From NCBI GenBank assembly GCA_963741705.1, contig CAVUJE010000008.1:12342-76341 (forward strand): a DNA stretch of 64,000 nt, in the 5' to 3' direction. The translations under genes were made by a program, and so were the position numbers. The DNA comes from an uncultured Chitinophagaceae bacterium. Lineage in GTDB: Bacteria; Bacteroidota; Bacteroidia; Chitinophagales; Chitinophagaceae. A model generated the notes under the pieces. The model ran no database searches, was not told where the DNA came from, and saw nothing but the letters and a program-made list of their open reading frames with translations. This document shows, piece after piece, positions 1-11,028 of the stretch (position 1 is the first letter of the stretch; the number at the start of each line of letters is the position of its first letter).

Positions 1-1166
1 AATACACTATCCTTTGCTTTTATTGTCACCGTTAAGCCCGGCTTTATTCCATATTCGCCGTTATATTGCTGCATGGTTTGTTCATCAAGGATGATTGCTT
101 TTCTCTCTTTGGGAAGTTCATAGGGTTGATGATAAAGAATGGCATAAATGCTGTTTGAGATGGCTCCTATCGTTTCATTGGAAGCATTGCTCAAAAGGAT
201 AATGGTTACTTCATCAGCAGGAACCCTGGATATAATAGTGATATAGCCGGGTATGCCGCCGCCATGAGCTAATCTCCTTTTTCCGTCAATGCTGTCTATC
301 TGCCACCCATAACCGTAATTATTTTTTACAGGCGTGTAGGCTTCGTTTTGCTGTGAGGCTGATAAAATAGAATTATTCTCTAATGCATGGCTCCATCTGT
401 ACAGATCATCAGTAGTTGAATAGATGGCTCCTGCAGAAAATGAGATTGAGGAATCTACAATGGGAGCCCGCATGGTGTCGTGCGCGTTTAAGACGAAATA
501 ACCTACTGTTTTATCCGGGCTTTCCAGGTTGGTAAAATCGAAGCCGCTATGGGTCATTTTTAATGGTGAGAAAATATACTTACGAACGGCCTTTTCGTAA
601 GAAGTATTAGTCACTTTTTCAATAATGTAGCCAAGCAAAGAGTAGCCACTGTTACTATAGCTCCAGGCAGTGCCGGGTGTGAAATCGAGCGGTTTATTTT
701 CAAAAAGGGCCATCATTTGTTGACGGGTTTTAGGTTTCGTAATTTCATTTTTCATGAAATTTTCATCGTTGGTATAATTGTAAATTCCTGATGTGTGGGT
801 CAGCAGTTCTTTAATAGTGATGCTGTCGCCCTTCGGATACTCCGGAAAATATTTACTGAGATTATCGGATACTGACAATTTATTTTCTGCCTGCAGTTTC
901 AGTATCACCGCCGAGGTAAACTGTTTGGTAACAGAGCCCAACTGGAAGATTGAACGCCCGTTATTCAATACCCGCGTTTCTGCGTTGCGATAGCCATAGC
1001 CTTTGTTCAGCAGGATAGTGCCGTTTTTTGCTACCAGCGCCGAGCCATTAAATTTGCTCAGTTGGTTATAGGCGTTCAACAATGTATCAATAAGGGATGC
1101 ATCGTTCTGTGCAAAGCAGTACTGCTGTATAAAGAGAAGCACTATACCTGCCAGAATTTTTTTCAT
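1..1166 (-). CDS. Serine hydrolase, beta-lactamase class C/AmpC-like family (3' end runs off window)
   Basis: Manual translation from ATG at 1166: MKKILAGIVLLFIQQYCFAQ signal peptide; FQLGSVTKQFT (SxxK), LLTHTSG, YSN and HGG motifs. Not in the ORF track. Confidence 0.85.
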   Translation of the reverse strand, partial: MKKILAGIVLLFIQQYCFAQNDASLIDTLLNAYNQLSKFNGSALVAKNGTILLNKGYGYRNAETRVLNNGRSIFQLGSVTKQFTSAVILKLQAENKLSVSDNLSKYFPEYPKGDSITIKELLTHTSGIYNYTNDENFMKNEITKPKTRQQMMALFENKPLDFTPGTAWSYSNSGYSLLGYIIEKVTNTSYEKAVRKYIFSPLKMTHSGFDFTNLESPDKTVGYFVLNAHDTMRAPIVDSSISFSAGAIYSTTDDLYRWSHALENNSILSASQQNEAYTPVKNNYGYGWQIDSIDGKRRLAHGGGIPGYITIISRVPADEVTIILLSNASNETIGAISNSIYAILYHQPYELPKERKAIILDEQTMQQYNGEYGIKPGLTVTIKAKDSV

Positions 1167-1392
1167 GATATAAAATTTATAAACAATAAATATAATGTAT
1201 AATTAGTTTCAGATAATAGAAATTTTTAATTTACACATTTATCAAAATATCTGACGATTGCCGCAGCTTTGGGTTACATAAAGGAGACAGATTTGCCTTC
1301 TTCAAAATAAAAATATGGCTTAAGCGTTGCTTTACTGTACAACCTGGAATTGAGTGAGTTGATTTCTATTCGCCATAATTTAAACTAAAAAT

Positions 1393-2238
1393 ATGAAGAT
1401 CAGTATTGTTGCTTTACTGTTTTTGTTCTCCGTAGAAGGTTTTAGCCAATCGGCTACCGGATTTTATTTTGACAAGGATATGAAACCCGTAGATAAAAAG
1501 AAAGCTTCGATTTTCGGAACGGGTATAATGGACAGCGGTTTGTATAAACTAACCTGTTATTATTTGAAGAGAAAACATCCGCTGGCCTGTGTGGCGCATT
1601 TCAGGGATTCTGCCCAAAGTATACATGAAGGATATTACCGCTTCTTTTTTGAAAATGGCAAAACAGGAACTGAAGGCGATTACCATGATAATAAAAAAGA
1701 AGGTTGGTGGATAGATTATGATGACCACGGAGTCATCATTGATTCTGTAAAATATGAAAACGGCAGGGTGTTGATACGTACAGGATTTTATGAAATACCT
1801 CCAAACCATCAAAAACTCGTGATGGTGGATGATGTAAGCAACAATATATTTTACGCAAGTTTATATAATGGCAATGGCGATGTGCTTTCCCGGGAAGAGG
1901 TGCCGCAGGATTATAATGGAATTTATATTAATAATGATACGGTTTGCTCGTTTCCGGGCGGGCGTACAGCATGGTTGCGCTATATTTCAAAAGCCCTGAT
2001 GAGCCACATTGAAGAATTTACGCAGGCAGATAACGGTACAGTATTACTGAGATTTGTAGTGGATACCGATGGAAAGATAACGAGCGTGCGGCCGCTCACT
2101 TTGAAAACTTCCAGGCTGGCAATAATAGCCTTCAATGCGATAGACGGCGGCCCCAATTGGATTCCTGCAGAACATGATGGTAAAAAAGTGAAAACGATAA
2201 TGGTTCAGCCAGTGACCCTGGAAGAAGGAGGGAGATAA
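1393..2238 (+). CDS. TonB C-terminal domain protein with MORN-like repeats
   Basis: Signal peptide; EGDYHDNKKEGWW MORN-like repeat; C-terminal FPGG...GTVLLRFVVDTDGKI...WIPAEHDGKKV typical of TonB_C. Confidence 0.75.
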   Translation: MKISIVALLFLFSVEGFSQSATGFYFDKDMKPVDKKKASIFGTGIMDSGLYKLTCYYLKRKHPLACVAHFRDSAQSIHEGYYRFFFENGKTGTEGDYHDNKKEGWWIDYDDHGVIIDSVKYENGRVLIRTGFYEIPPNHQKLVMVDDVSNNIFYASLYNGNGDVLSREEVPQDYNGIYINNDTVCSFPGGRTAWLRYISKALMSHIEEFTQADNGTVLLRFVVDTDGKITSVRPLTLKTSRLAIIAFNAIDGGPNWIPAEHDGKKVKTIMVQPVTLEEGGR

Positions 2239-2247
2239 ACAATGCTT

Positions 2248-3687
2248 TTAGCTGAAAATTTTAAAAGCCGTGTGTAATAATTTTTTAATAAATCGTTTTT
2301 TCAAAATAATTTCCTTGTAATTAGTAATAATTTGCTGGTTAATTCTTGAGGCTACAGGGTAAGGATAAATTTTATTGAATAGTGAGTTCAAAGAAAGCTT
2401 CGCAAAATTGGCTAAAATAAGTTCCTGTATTATTTCTCCTGCGTGTGGCGCTATCATTGTTCCTCCCAGGATTTTTTGTTTTTTAAACCAGCTACCTTTA
2501 GAAAGATACAGGATCATTTTTGCGTATTCGTAATTATCTGTCACGGCCCGGTCATCTTCCTTAAAATCCTGTTCTAATTTTTTATAAGCCAAGTTCCTTT
2601 CCTTCAATTGCTTTTCATTAAGCCCGAAAGTAGCCAGTTCCGGGTCGGTAAAAGTTACCCACGACATGTAATCATCGTTTAGTTTTTTATTGAAAGGCGA
2701 AAAAAAGTTATTTAGTAAAATGCGTGCATGAAATTCTGCAGCATGCGAAAACCGGAGATCACCGGCTACATCGCCACAAACAAAAATCTTTTTATTGGTG
2801 GTTTGCAGATATTTATTCCTGGTAATTTTGTTATCGTGAATTTTGATTCCGGCATTTTTAAGTTGCAGTGGTTCCAAATCAAGTGTTCTTCCGATAGCTA
2901 CGAACACGGCATCAAACTGAATGATTTCTTCTTTACCTTCCTTTGATTTTAATATCGCTTCTTTGTCGCTTATAAAATGGTCCACTTCAGTGTTGAAAAT
3001 AAACCGAATCCCTTCTTTTTTTAATTGTTCCAAAAGAACTGCGGTTAGCTTTTTATCATCATGAGGCAATACCCGGTTTCCCTTTTGCACCACCGTTATT
3101 TTGCTTCCCAGCCTGTTCAAAGCCTGCGCCATCTCAATTCCAACGGGGCCGCCACCGATTACCAACATTTTTTCCGGTAGTTCTGAAATATGAAAAAGGT
3201 TTTCATTATCAAAATATTTTACTTTTTCAACCCCGGGAACTTTTAATTTTTTTGGTAGCGAACCGGTTGCGATCACTATTTTTTTTGCTGAATATCTTAT
3301 ACCCCTAACTTCTATTTCGTTTTTGCCTGTAAAATGCGCTTGACCTAACGCAACATCAATTCCCTGGTTTCTCAACCACCGGGCGTTTTCATGTTCGCGG
3401 ATAATATTTTGACGTTGATATACATATTTGATAGCTTTTCCCATATCCAATTTCCCGGTTACTTCCAGCCCGAATTGAGAAGCCTGTTTTGCATGGTAAG
3501 CTATTTTAGAAAGATGTATTATTGCTTTGCTGGGAACACAACCGTCATTCAGGCAATCACCACCGATATCTGTATCACTTTTAGAAATCATCAAAACTTT
3601 AAAATGGGCTTTGCTCATAAATAATCCAAGCGTTAATCCACCCGAACCGGCGCCAATAATTATTAAATCAAAATTTTTCTTTGTCAT
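2248..3687 (-). CDS. Pyridine nucleotide-disulfide oxidoreductase (dihydrolipoamide dehydrogenase/mercuric reductase-like)
   Basis: GAGSGG FAD motif, GGDCLNDGCVPSK redox disulfide, GGGPVG NAD(P) motif. Start chosen at ATG 3687 (MTKKNFD). Confidence 0.85.
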   Translation of the reverse strand: MTKKNFDLIIIGAGSGGLTLGLFMSKAHFKVLMISKSDTDIGGDCLNDGCVPSKAIIHLSKIAYHAKQASQFGLEVTGKLDMGKAIKYVYQRQNIIREHENARWLRNQGIDVALGQAHFTGKNEIEVRGIRYSAKKIVIATGSLPKKLKVPGVEKVKYFDNENLFHISELPEKMLVIGGGPVGIEMAQALNRLGSKITVVQKGNRVLPHDDKKLTAVLLEQLKKEGIRFIFNTEVDHFISDKEAILKSKEGKEEIIQFDAVFVAIGRTLDLEPLQLKNAGIKIHDNKITRNKYLQTTNKKIFVCGDVAGDLRFSHAAEFHARILLNNFFSPFNKKLNDDYMSWVTFTDPELATFGLNEKQLKERNLAYKKLEQDFKEDDRAVTDNYEYAKMILYLSKGSWFKKQKILGGTMIAPHAGEIIQELILANFAKLSLNSLFNKIYPYPVASRINQQIITNYKEIILKKRFIKKLLHTAFKIFS

Positions 3688-3936
3688 TTTTAAAACTTTT
3701 GGATGCAGGTAAGATGATTTTGTAATGAGATACACAATCTAAAGAATTTGTCATAAGTTACCTTCAGGCTAAAATACTTTTAGTCTAAATAAAAATTATA
3801 TTTATTTGTGGGTTTACTATAAAAAAGGCTATCGGCGAAAGAGATTTATAGATTAATCGACAACTTTATTCAATTCTATTTTTCACTAAAATTTATGTTG
3901 TTTTCCATTATCTTTGCGACCTAAAATTAAAAAGTC

Positions 3937-4929
3937 TTGGCTACAAAGTTTTCTAAAGAAACTTATCTATACTGGTACGAGCTTATGCTCCTGATTCGCC
4001 GCTTTGAAGAAAAAGCCGGCCAGATGTACGGAATGCAGAAAATACGGGGGTTTTGTCACTTATATATCGGGCAGGAAGCATTGGCTGCCGGTTGTATGAC
4101 AGCAACCATTCCGGAAGATAAATTTATAACTGCTTACCGGGATCACGGCCTGGCCATAGCAAAAGGAATTCCTGCTAAAGAATGTATGGCTGAATTATAT
4201 GGTAAAGCCACAGGCTGCAGCAAAGGTAAAGGAGGAAGCATGCACTTTTTTGGTGTAAATCATGGCTTTTACGGAGGCCATGGTATCGTAGGTGCACAAA
4301 TTGGAACTGGTGCAGGATTAGCTTTTGCAGAAAGATATATGGATACTGAAAATGTGGTTCTTTGCTTTTTTGGAGATGGAGCCGCACGGCAGGGTATCCT
4401 GCATGAAACTTTTAATCTGGCTATGCTTTGGAATCTTCCCGTTGTTTTTATTTGCGAAAATAATAATTACGCAATGGGAACATCAGTGGCGCGTACTTCT
4501 AATGTGCTCGATATTTATAAATTGGCCGATGCTTACGAAATGCCCGGCGACCAGGTAGATGGCATGGTTCCAGAAACAGTTCACGAGGCTGTGGCAAGAG
4601 CCGTAAAAAGAGCGCGCGAAAAAGGCGGCCCTACTTTACTGGAAATAAAAACTTACCGCTACAAAGGCCACAGCATGAGCGATCCGGCTAAATACCGCAG
4701 TAAAGAAGAGATGGAAGAATACAAGCTGAAAGACCCGATTGAAACTACTAAAATTAAACTACAGGAAAATTTTGGCGTTACGGATGAAGAAATTGAGCAA
4801 ATAGATGACAGGGTAAAAAATGAAGTAGCAGAAGCGGTTCAGTTTGCAGAGGAAAGCCCTTATCCGGATGATGATGAAATTTATAAAGACGTCTATGCCG
4901 AAGATGACTATCCTTTTATTACCGATTAA
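3937..4929 (+). CDS. pdhA: Pyruvate dehydrogenase E1 alpha subunit
   Basis: IRGFCHLYIGQEA, GDGA TPP motif, TYRYKGHSMSDP; TTG start; TATCTTTG promoter element at 3909-3916. Confidence 0.97.
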   Translation: MATKFSKETYLYWYELMLLIRRFEEKAGQMYGMQKIRGFCHLYIGQEALAAGCMTATIPEDKFITAYRDHGLAIAKGIPAKECMAELYGKATGCSKGKGGSMHFFGVNHGFYGGHGIVGAQIGTGAGLAFAERYMDTENVVLCFFGDGAARQGILHETFNLAMLWNLPVVFICENNNYAMGTSVARTSNVLDIYKLADAYEMPGDQVDGMVPETVHEAVARAVKRAREKGGPTLLEIKTYRYKGHSMSDPAKYRSKEEMEEYKLKDPIETTKIKLQENFGVTDEEIEQIDDRVKNEVAEAVQFAEESPYPDDDEIYKDVYAEDDYPFITD

Positions 4930-4962
4930 TTCATTCCAAAAAATTTAAAATAAAAAATATAA

Positions 4963-5673
4963 ATGGCTGCGAAAAAAGCACATTCAACTGAGGTGGATGT
5001 AGTAGAAAGAGCCCGTGGTTTCTGGGCTAAATATAATAAACCTGTTTCTTATATCGGGTCTGCAATCGTAATTCTGTTTATTGGTTGGATGGTTTATAAC
5101 TATATGTTTAAGGTACCAAAACAGGAAAAGGCTGACAAAGTTGTTTTTGTTACCCAAAACTATTTTTCTGAATTTACAGGCGCTACTGATTCTGCAAAAA
5201 TATTATTGGCAACAAAAGTTTTAAACGGTGACGGAGCTAATCCCGGTGCATTAAGAATTATCAATCAATATTCAGGGACACCTGCTGCTAATTTGTGTGA
5301 ATATTATGCCGGAGCCTGTTATCTGCAACTGGGACAGTATGCCAAATCAATTAAATACCTGAAAGATTTTGATGCTAATGGCGCTGACCAGATAAAAAGC
5401 CGTGCACTTGGAATGATGGGAGATGCCAGTGCAGAATTAAATAAAAACGATGATGCATTGGATTATTATGAAAAAGCGGCTAACGTAAATGATAAAGATA
5501 CTTATACCTCCTCTGAGTTTCTCTTCAGGGCAGCATTATTCGCGCAGTCAATAGGTAAGCAAAAAGAAGCAATTAGTTTATTCAAAAAAATTAAAACTGA
5601 TTATCCTTTGACAGAGAAAGCGGCTGATGTGGACAAGTATTTGGCTAAAGCCGGAGAATTTTCAGAACAATAA
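4963..5673 (+). CDS. Membrane-anchored TPR protein (YfgM-like)
   Basis: One N-terminal TM helix followed by TPR-like helices; conserved position between pdhA and ribH in Bacteroidota. Confidence 0.75.
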   Translation: MAAKKAHSTEVDVVERARGFWAKYNKPVSYIGSAIVILFIGWMVYNYMFKVPKQEKADKVVFVTQNYFSEFTGATDSAKILLATKVLNGDGANPGALRIINQYSGTPAANLCEYYAGACYLQLGQYAKSIKYLKDFDANGADQIKSRALGMMGDASAELNKNDDALDYYEKAANVNDKDTYTSSEFLFRAALFAQSIGKQKEAISLFKKIKTDYPLTEKAADVDKYLAKAGEFSEQ

Positions 5674-5689
5674 TTTTTATGATTATAAT

Positions 5690-6181
5690 ATGGCAATAGT
5701 CAACCAGAATTTATATGATATTGATACAGGCATTCTTCCAAAGGATGCCTGTATCGTTATTGTACATACGCAATGGAATCCGGAAATAGTAAATAAATTA
5801 CTGGAAGGATGTAAAAAAGTGTTAGATCACTATCAAATGGAAAATTATAAAGTTATCTGTGTGCCGGGCGCTTTTGAAATTCCGTTTACTATTAAAAACT
5901 TTTGGGAAACTTATCAGAATAAATTTGAAAAACCGCAGGCATTTATAGCACTTGGCTGTGTTCTGAAAGGGGGTACTCCTCATTTTGATTATGTTTGCAA
6001 AGCTATTACAGATGGCGTTTTACAGTTAAATTTCATTTTGCCGGTTCCTACAATTTTTGGCGTACTCACGGTAGATAATCAGCAACAGGCTGATGAAAGA
6101 ACGGGTGGCGCTCATGGCAATAAGGGCGAAGAGGCCGCATTAACCGCATTAAAAATGATTACTTTAAAATATTCGAAATAG
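5690..6181 (+). CDS. ribH: 6,7-dimethyl-8-ribityllumazine synthase
   Basis: VPGAFEIP, IALGCVLKGGTPHFDYV, FGVLT, GNKGEEAA motifs; start moved to ATG 5690. Confidence 0.95.
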   Translation: MAIVNQNLYDIDTGILPKDACIVIVHTQWNPEIVNKLLEGCKKVLDHYQMENYKVICVPGAFEIPFTIKNFWETYQNKFEKPQAFIALGCVLKGGTPHFDYVCKAITDGVLQLNFILPVPTIFGVLTVDNQQQADERTGGAHGNKGEEAALTALKMITLKYSK

Positions 6182-6215
6182 AATATTTTGTTCAAAATCT
6201 TTTACATTCTTTGTA

Positions 6216-6938
6216 ATGAAAGTTCAATTATTTGTACCATGTTTTGTTGACCAGTTATATCCGGTGACAGCTTTTAACATGGTAAAAGTACTTGAAAAAG
6301 CATGTTGTGATGTTTCATACAATACCAACCAAACCTGTTGTGGCCAGCCGGCTTTTAATGCCGGTTTTTGGGAAGAATCAAAAACTGTTGCCGGGAAATT
6401 CATAAAAGATTTTGATTCGCCGGATTATATTGTAGCACCTTCAGCTTCCTGTGTGGGTTTTGTCAGAAATTATTATTCCGGGCTATTTGAAAATTCTTCC
6501 CAGCATAACCTGGTAAAAAATCTTACTGAAAGAATATTTGAATTCACTGAATTTTTAACTAAAATCTTACAGATTGAAAATTACGGGGCGGAATTAAATG
6601 TAAAAGCTACTTATCATGATAGTTGTGCAGCACTTCGTGAGTGTAAAATAAAAGAAAGCCCAAGAAATTTATTGGCAAAAGTGAAAGGGCTTGAGATGAT
6701 TGAAATGAAGGACAACGAAACTTGCTGCGGTTTTGGAGGAACCTTTGGAGTTAAGTTTCCGGATATTTCGCTTGCTATGGCCGATCAAAAAATTACGAAT
6801 GCCTTAAATACCGGCGCCACTCACATCATTTCTGCTGATCTAAGTTGCCTGATGCATTTGCAGGGAATCATTAATATGAAAGCCGTTCCCTTAACTACAA
6901 TGCATATTGCCGATGTGCTGGCAAGTGGTTGGGAATAA
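6216..6938 (+). CDS. (Fe-S)-binding CCG-domain protein, LutA/YkgE family
   Basis: LFVPCFVD, QTCCGQPAFNAG, YHDSC, CCGFGGTF motifs. Confidence 0.9.
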   Translation: MKVQLFVPCFVDQLYPVTAFNMVKVLEKACCDVSYNTNQTCCGQPAFNAGFWEESKTVAGKFIKDFDSPDYIVAPSASCVGFVRNYYSGLFENSSQHNLVKNLTERIFEFTEFLTKILQIENYGAELNVKATYHDSCAALRECKIKESPRNLLAKVKGLEMIEMKDNETCCGFGGTFGVKFPDISLAMADQKITNALNTGATHIISADLSCLMHLQGIINMKAVPLTTMHIADVLASGWE

Positions 6939-7263
6939 AATTAAAATTGCTATCCTTAGTTTTATTTTATCTTTTGAAAATTAATCAGCAAATGAGGACT
7001 ATCCCTTGAATTTTATATTTTTCGTTTTTTTGATGCGTAAAATAATTAGCATTAATTATCAACCACATAGTTTTTTGAATTTTAGTATATGAAAATTAAA
7101 CAGAAAGAATTCGTACTTTTGAGTCTTTGGCTCTGGCAGCAATAGTTGTTATAAGAGCTTACCCCAAAGTTGGAAGTTGATTTTAATTTTCTTAAAAATT
7201 AAGCAATAAATTTAACTGTGGAATAATCCAGTATCCCCAATTGTTAATTTAGAAAACTCCCTC

Positions 7264-10093
7264 ATGAAATCAGGTATGAATAAAGCTTATCCTGCAAGTC
7301 ATAGCTTGCTTACAATCTTCCTTACCATTCTCTTTCTCTTGTTCCTTCAGGTTAACTCTTTCGGGCAGGTTGATGTGATTATGAATCATAACAATTTGAA
7401 AAGAACCGGCTGGAATGATAAGGAAACTATTTTGGCGACCGATAATGTAAGTAGTGGCAATTTTGGTAAAATTTTTTCGAGGGAGGTAGACGATGAGATT
7501 TATGCCCAGCCACTTATTGTAAGTAATTTTTCAATTGCGGGGGGCGTGCATAATATAGTTATTGTGGCAACAGTTAATAATACTCTTTACGCCTTTGATG
7601 CTGATGATCCAAACGCTTCAACCCCATATTGGCAAAAAAATTTGACTTACGATCCGGCTAATTACAAACCTGTAAATAAAGCGGATATGACAGGAGCTTG
7701 TAGCGGACATTATTCGGATTTTAGTGGAAATATGGGAATTGTGGGCACCCCTGCAATTGATACTTCTACTAATATCTTATATGTTGTGGCACGAAGTAAA
7801 TCCAATGTTGGTTCAAATTATGTTCAATATTTACATGCCATCGATCTGGCAACCGGCAAAGAAAAATGTGATGGGCCCGTTTTAATTACAGCCGAGTGCG
7901 AAGGAACAGGCGATGGAAGTGTAAATGGCGTAATTACCTTTAATTCACAAACTCAAAATCAAAGGCCGGGGCTTTTACTATATAATGGAACCGTGTATAT
8001 ATGTTGGGCATCTCATTGCGATTGGTATCCTTATCATGGTTGGGTAATGGGGTATGATGCCGCAACATTGGAGCAAAAATATGTTTACAATGCGACTCCT
8101 AATGGTGGCCTTGCGGGAATATGGATGAGCGGGCAGCCACCTGCGGTTGATGACGATGGGAATTTGCTGATTACTACAGGGAATGGGACAACAGGGCAGG
8201 GGGGAGATCCAAATGATACGATAAATCGTGCCTCCAGCCTGATCAAACTTTCGCCGGAATTAAAAGTAAAATCTTTTTTTACTCCTGCTAATTATAATTA
8301 TTTGAATGATTATGACAAAGATTATGGGTGTAATGGGGCATTAATAATTCCTGGCACACATCTGTCTTTATCCGGAAGCAAAGATGGAGGGTTGTACCTG
8401 ATTGATAATGAGAATATGGGAGGTATGAAAGTAGATAACTCTAATGTATTACAAAGAATAAATTTTGGAGATTGGGGTACAGTAAATACCCGGCATTTAT
8501 ATGGTTCACCTGTCTATTTTAAAGATAAATATAATAACGAATATATTTATGGCTGGGCAGAAGGAGGGTTATTAAAGCAGATTCCTTTTGACAGAGCTAC
8601 TATGCGTTTTGATACACTTAATTCCAAGCTCGGAATTACCACCTTACCGAGCGGATATATGCCCGGGGGCGTACTTTCTCTTTCTTCTAATGAATCCCAA
8701 ACAGGAACTGGAATTCTTTGGGTAAATCATGCGGCTGATGGTAATGCCAACAATATGCTGTGGTTCCGGGAGTATTACAAGCTTTTGATGCTACAGATGT
8801 GACCCACGAATTGTGGAACAGTAACTGGAGTAGTAAACGCGATTCCATTGGTAAATTTGCAAAATTCACCCCACCGACCATTGCTAATGGAAAAGTATAT
8901 ATGGCTACTTTTTCCAATAAATTGAATGTTTATGGATTAAATCCACCCCCTGTTTCCCCGTGTTCTTCCACAGTTCCACCGATGTGGCAAAGTGCAGATA
9001 TAGGTTATGTAGCCTATCCCGGAGATGTATGTGTAACTAATGGAGCATATAAAATTTCAGCTTCCGGAAGTGATATCTGGGATAAAACAGATGCCTTTCA
9101 TTATTTATTTCAAGAAGTAATTACTAATGAAACAGAATTAACCATAAGAGTGGCATCCATTAAGCACACGAATGACTATGCAAAAGTCGGCATCATGTTT
9201 AGGCAAAATTTAGATGCAGGTTCGCCATTTGTTTACTTAAGCCTAATTCCATCTAACCAAATAATTCTTTACAAAAGAACCGCCCAAAATATCAGCGCTG
9301 TTACATTGCGGAGATCCTGTTACTGAAAGCGCTCCTTATTGGTTAAGAATCTACAACAAAGGGAATAAATATATTTGCTATTATTCTGCCAACGGAACTG
9401 ACTGGACTAAAATGGATTCAGTTACATTAGCTTTAGGAACAAATCCTTATGTTGGCATCGCATATACGACTCACGTTAATATGATTCTTAGATACTACAA
9501 AAGTTGATAATGTGGCATTAAGAATCGGCGGTGTTCTTGATTCCAACCTTCTCACCTTTGGGGGTAAGAACCAGAATAATAAAAATAGTTTGCTTATCTG
9601 GACAACTACGAATGAAATCGACAATGACTATTTCGAAATTCAAAGAAGTAGTGGCAGTACTGATTTCGAAACAATAGGGAACGTAAAAGCCAGTAGCACT
9701 CCTTCACAATCACATGATTATACTTTTACCGATTATTTGCCACAAGACGGAAATAACTTTTATCGGTTAAAACAGGTTGATAAAAGAGGGAAGGTTTCTT
9801 ATTCATCAGTTGTGATGGTAAGATTTAATCTAAAAGCAATTAGTATTTATCCAAATCCGGCGTATAACAAAATTTATATCCGGAATAATGAACATTTTAG
9901 TAACGGGGGAAAAATCATTGCGTCATTGTTGGATTTTAGTGGTAAGTCAATCCTTAAGCAAGAGTTCACTACATACGGAGTGGATATTAATGCTTTACAC
10001 ATTCCTCAACAAGTTGCCGAAGGAATGTATATATTAATGATATCCAACAATAAGGGAGAAAAATATACAGAAAAGGTTTATATCACGCGATAA
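7264..10093 (+). CDS. T9SS-secreted PQQ-like beta-propeller protein with beta-sandwich domain and type A CTD (split by about 3 indels)
   Basis: ORFs 7264-8802, 8760-9326 and 9512-10093 join into one protein: IYAQPL, GIVGTPAID, QRPGLLL, GIWMSG, KFTPPTIANGKVY; SGSDIW..DAFHY domain; YRLKQVD..G..YS and IYPNPA CTD. Confidence 0.75.
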
Positions 10094-10162
10094 AAACTAT
10101 CGTAAAAAAATCATGATCAAAATAAATTTAAAATTCATTTCTGCTTGATTGTCCCATTATAG

Positions 10163-10197
10163 AAAAAGCCCTAATTATTATTAATTAAGGGCTTTTT
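10163..10197. terminator. Bidirectional intrinsic terminator
   Basis: AAAAAGCCCT...AGGGCTTTTT inverted repeat between convergent genes. Confidence 0.7.
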
Positions 10198-10372
10198 ACT
10201 GCATTGTCTTCTGGTTATTTTTCAGGGTATTGAAAATGGAATTAATAGGATTTTGGTCAAATCTTTTAAATGGCCTTTCACGGAAAATAAAAATTATTCA
10301 TTTTTATTAGTTCACTGTTTGATATTCAGGGAACACCAGCAAGGGAACGGAAGAAAACAGAGACACGGGTAA

Positions 10373-10894
10373 TCACTTTTTAAAATAAAATTCCAGGTCC
10401 GTATCTACATTGGTCATGTCTGCAAGCAGCGGATCTTTTTTGGTGTTGAAAAAATACATGCCGCAAATATCATTGTTGCCGTTGAGATCAATACAGGTGC
10501 TGCTTTTATCTTCTTTTACAAATAAAAGGTAACGTGCTTTGGTGGTTTCGATTATTTTAATTTTCGGATAATATTTCTTAAGAACAATATGGGCGTTTCT
10601 CATTTGAAAAAAACAATCATGCATCAGGCCTTCAAATACCATCGGTTTATTGATCGCTTTTATTTTTTCAAGTTGTGCAGAATCCGGTTTGTAAAAAACG
10701 GCAGATGGGGTTTTTATGATCAAAGTGTCTTCAAAGGAAGAAGGTGGCTTTGAAATAAATTTTCTTACGAGTGTCCTATGTTGAGGCGCGGCAGGGTGTT
10801 TCTTTTTCGTGCTGTCAGAACAGTTGCTGAACAAAATCGCGGAGAATAAAGCGAGACTCAATTTTAAACAGATTTTTTTTAAATCGATCATCAT
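10373..10894 (-). CDS. Hypothetical lipoprotein
   Basis: Lipobox-like LFSNC after a hydrophobic stretch; no recognised domain. Confidence 0.6.
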   Translation of the reverse strand: MMIDLKKICLKLSLALFSAILFSNCSDSTKKKHPAAPQHRTLVRKFISKPPSSFEDTLIIKTPSAVFYKPDSAQLEKIKAINKPMVFEGLMHDCFFQMRNAHIVLKKYYPKIKIIETTKARYLLFVKEDKSSTCIDLNGNNDICGMYFFNTKKDPLLADMTNVDTDLEFYFKK

Positions 10895-10954
10895 CTTTTT
10901 AAAAATTGTTTTGAAGGTAATAAAGGGTAATCAATTTTGTGGGCATGCAAAAAT

Positions 10955-10989
10955 AAAAAAGCCCTTAATCCTATAATTAAAGGCCTTTA
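10955..10989 (-). terminator. Probable intrinsic terminator after DUF5777 gene
   Basis: AAAAAAGCCCTTAAT...ATTAAAGGC imperfect inverted repeat with a U-tract on the minus strand. Confidence 0.5.
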
Positions 10990-11028
10990 TATTATTGCTG
11001 TTTTTCTCTGCTTTCTATAAATATTATT

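Noticed and set aside
2248-3687. Mercuric reductase merA
   Set aside because: No C-terminal Cys-Cys pair, no N-terminal metal-binding domain and no mer genes nearby.
6216-6938. Orphan LutA without LutB/C as unusual
   Set aside because: Dispersed lut-like genes are plausible in this lineage and partners may lie outside the window.
10163-10989. Two similar AAAAAGCCCT hairpins as direct repeats of an inserted element
   Set aside because: Similarity is limited to short terminator-like stems, with no further homology or mobility gene.
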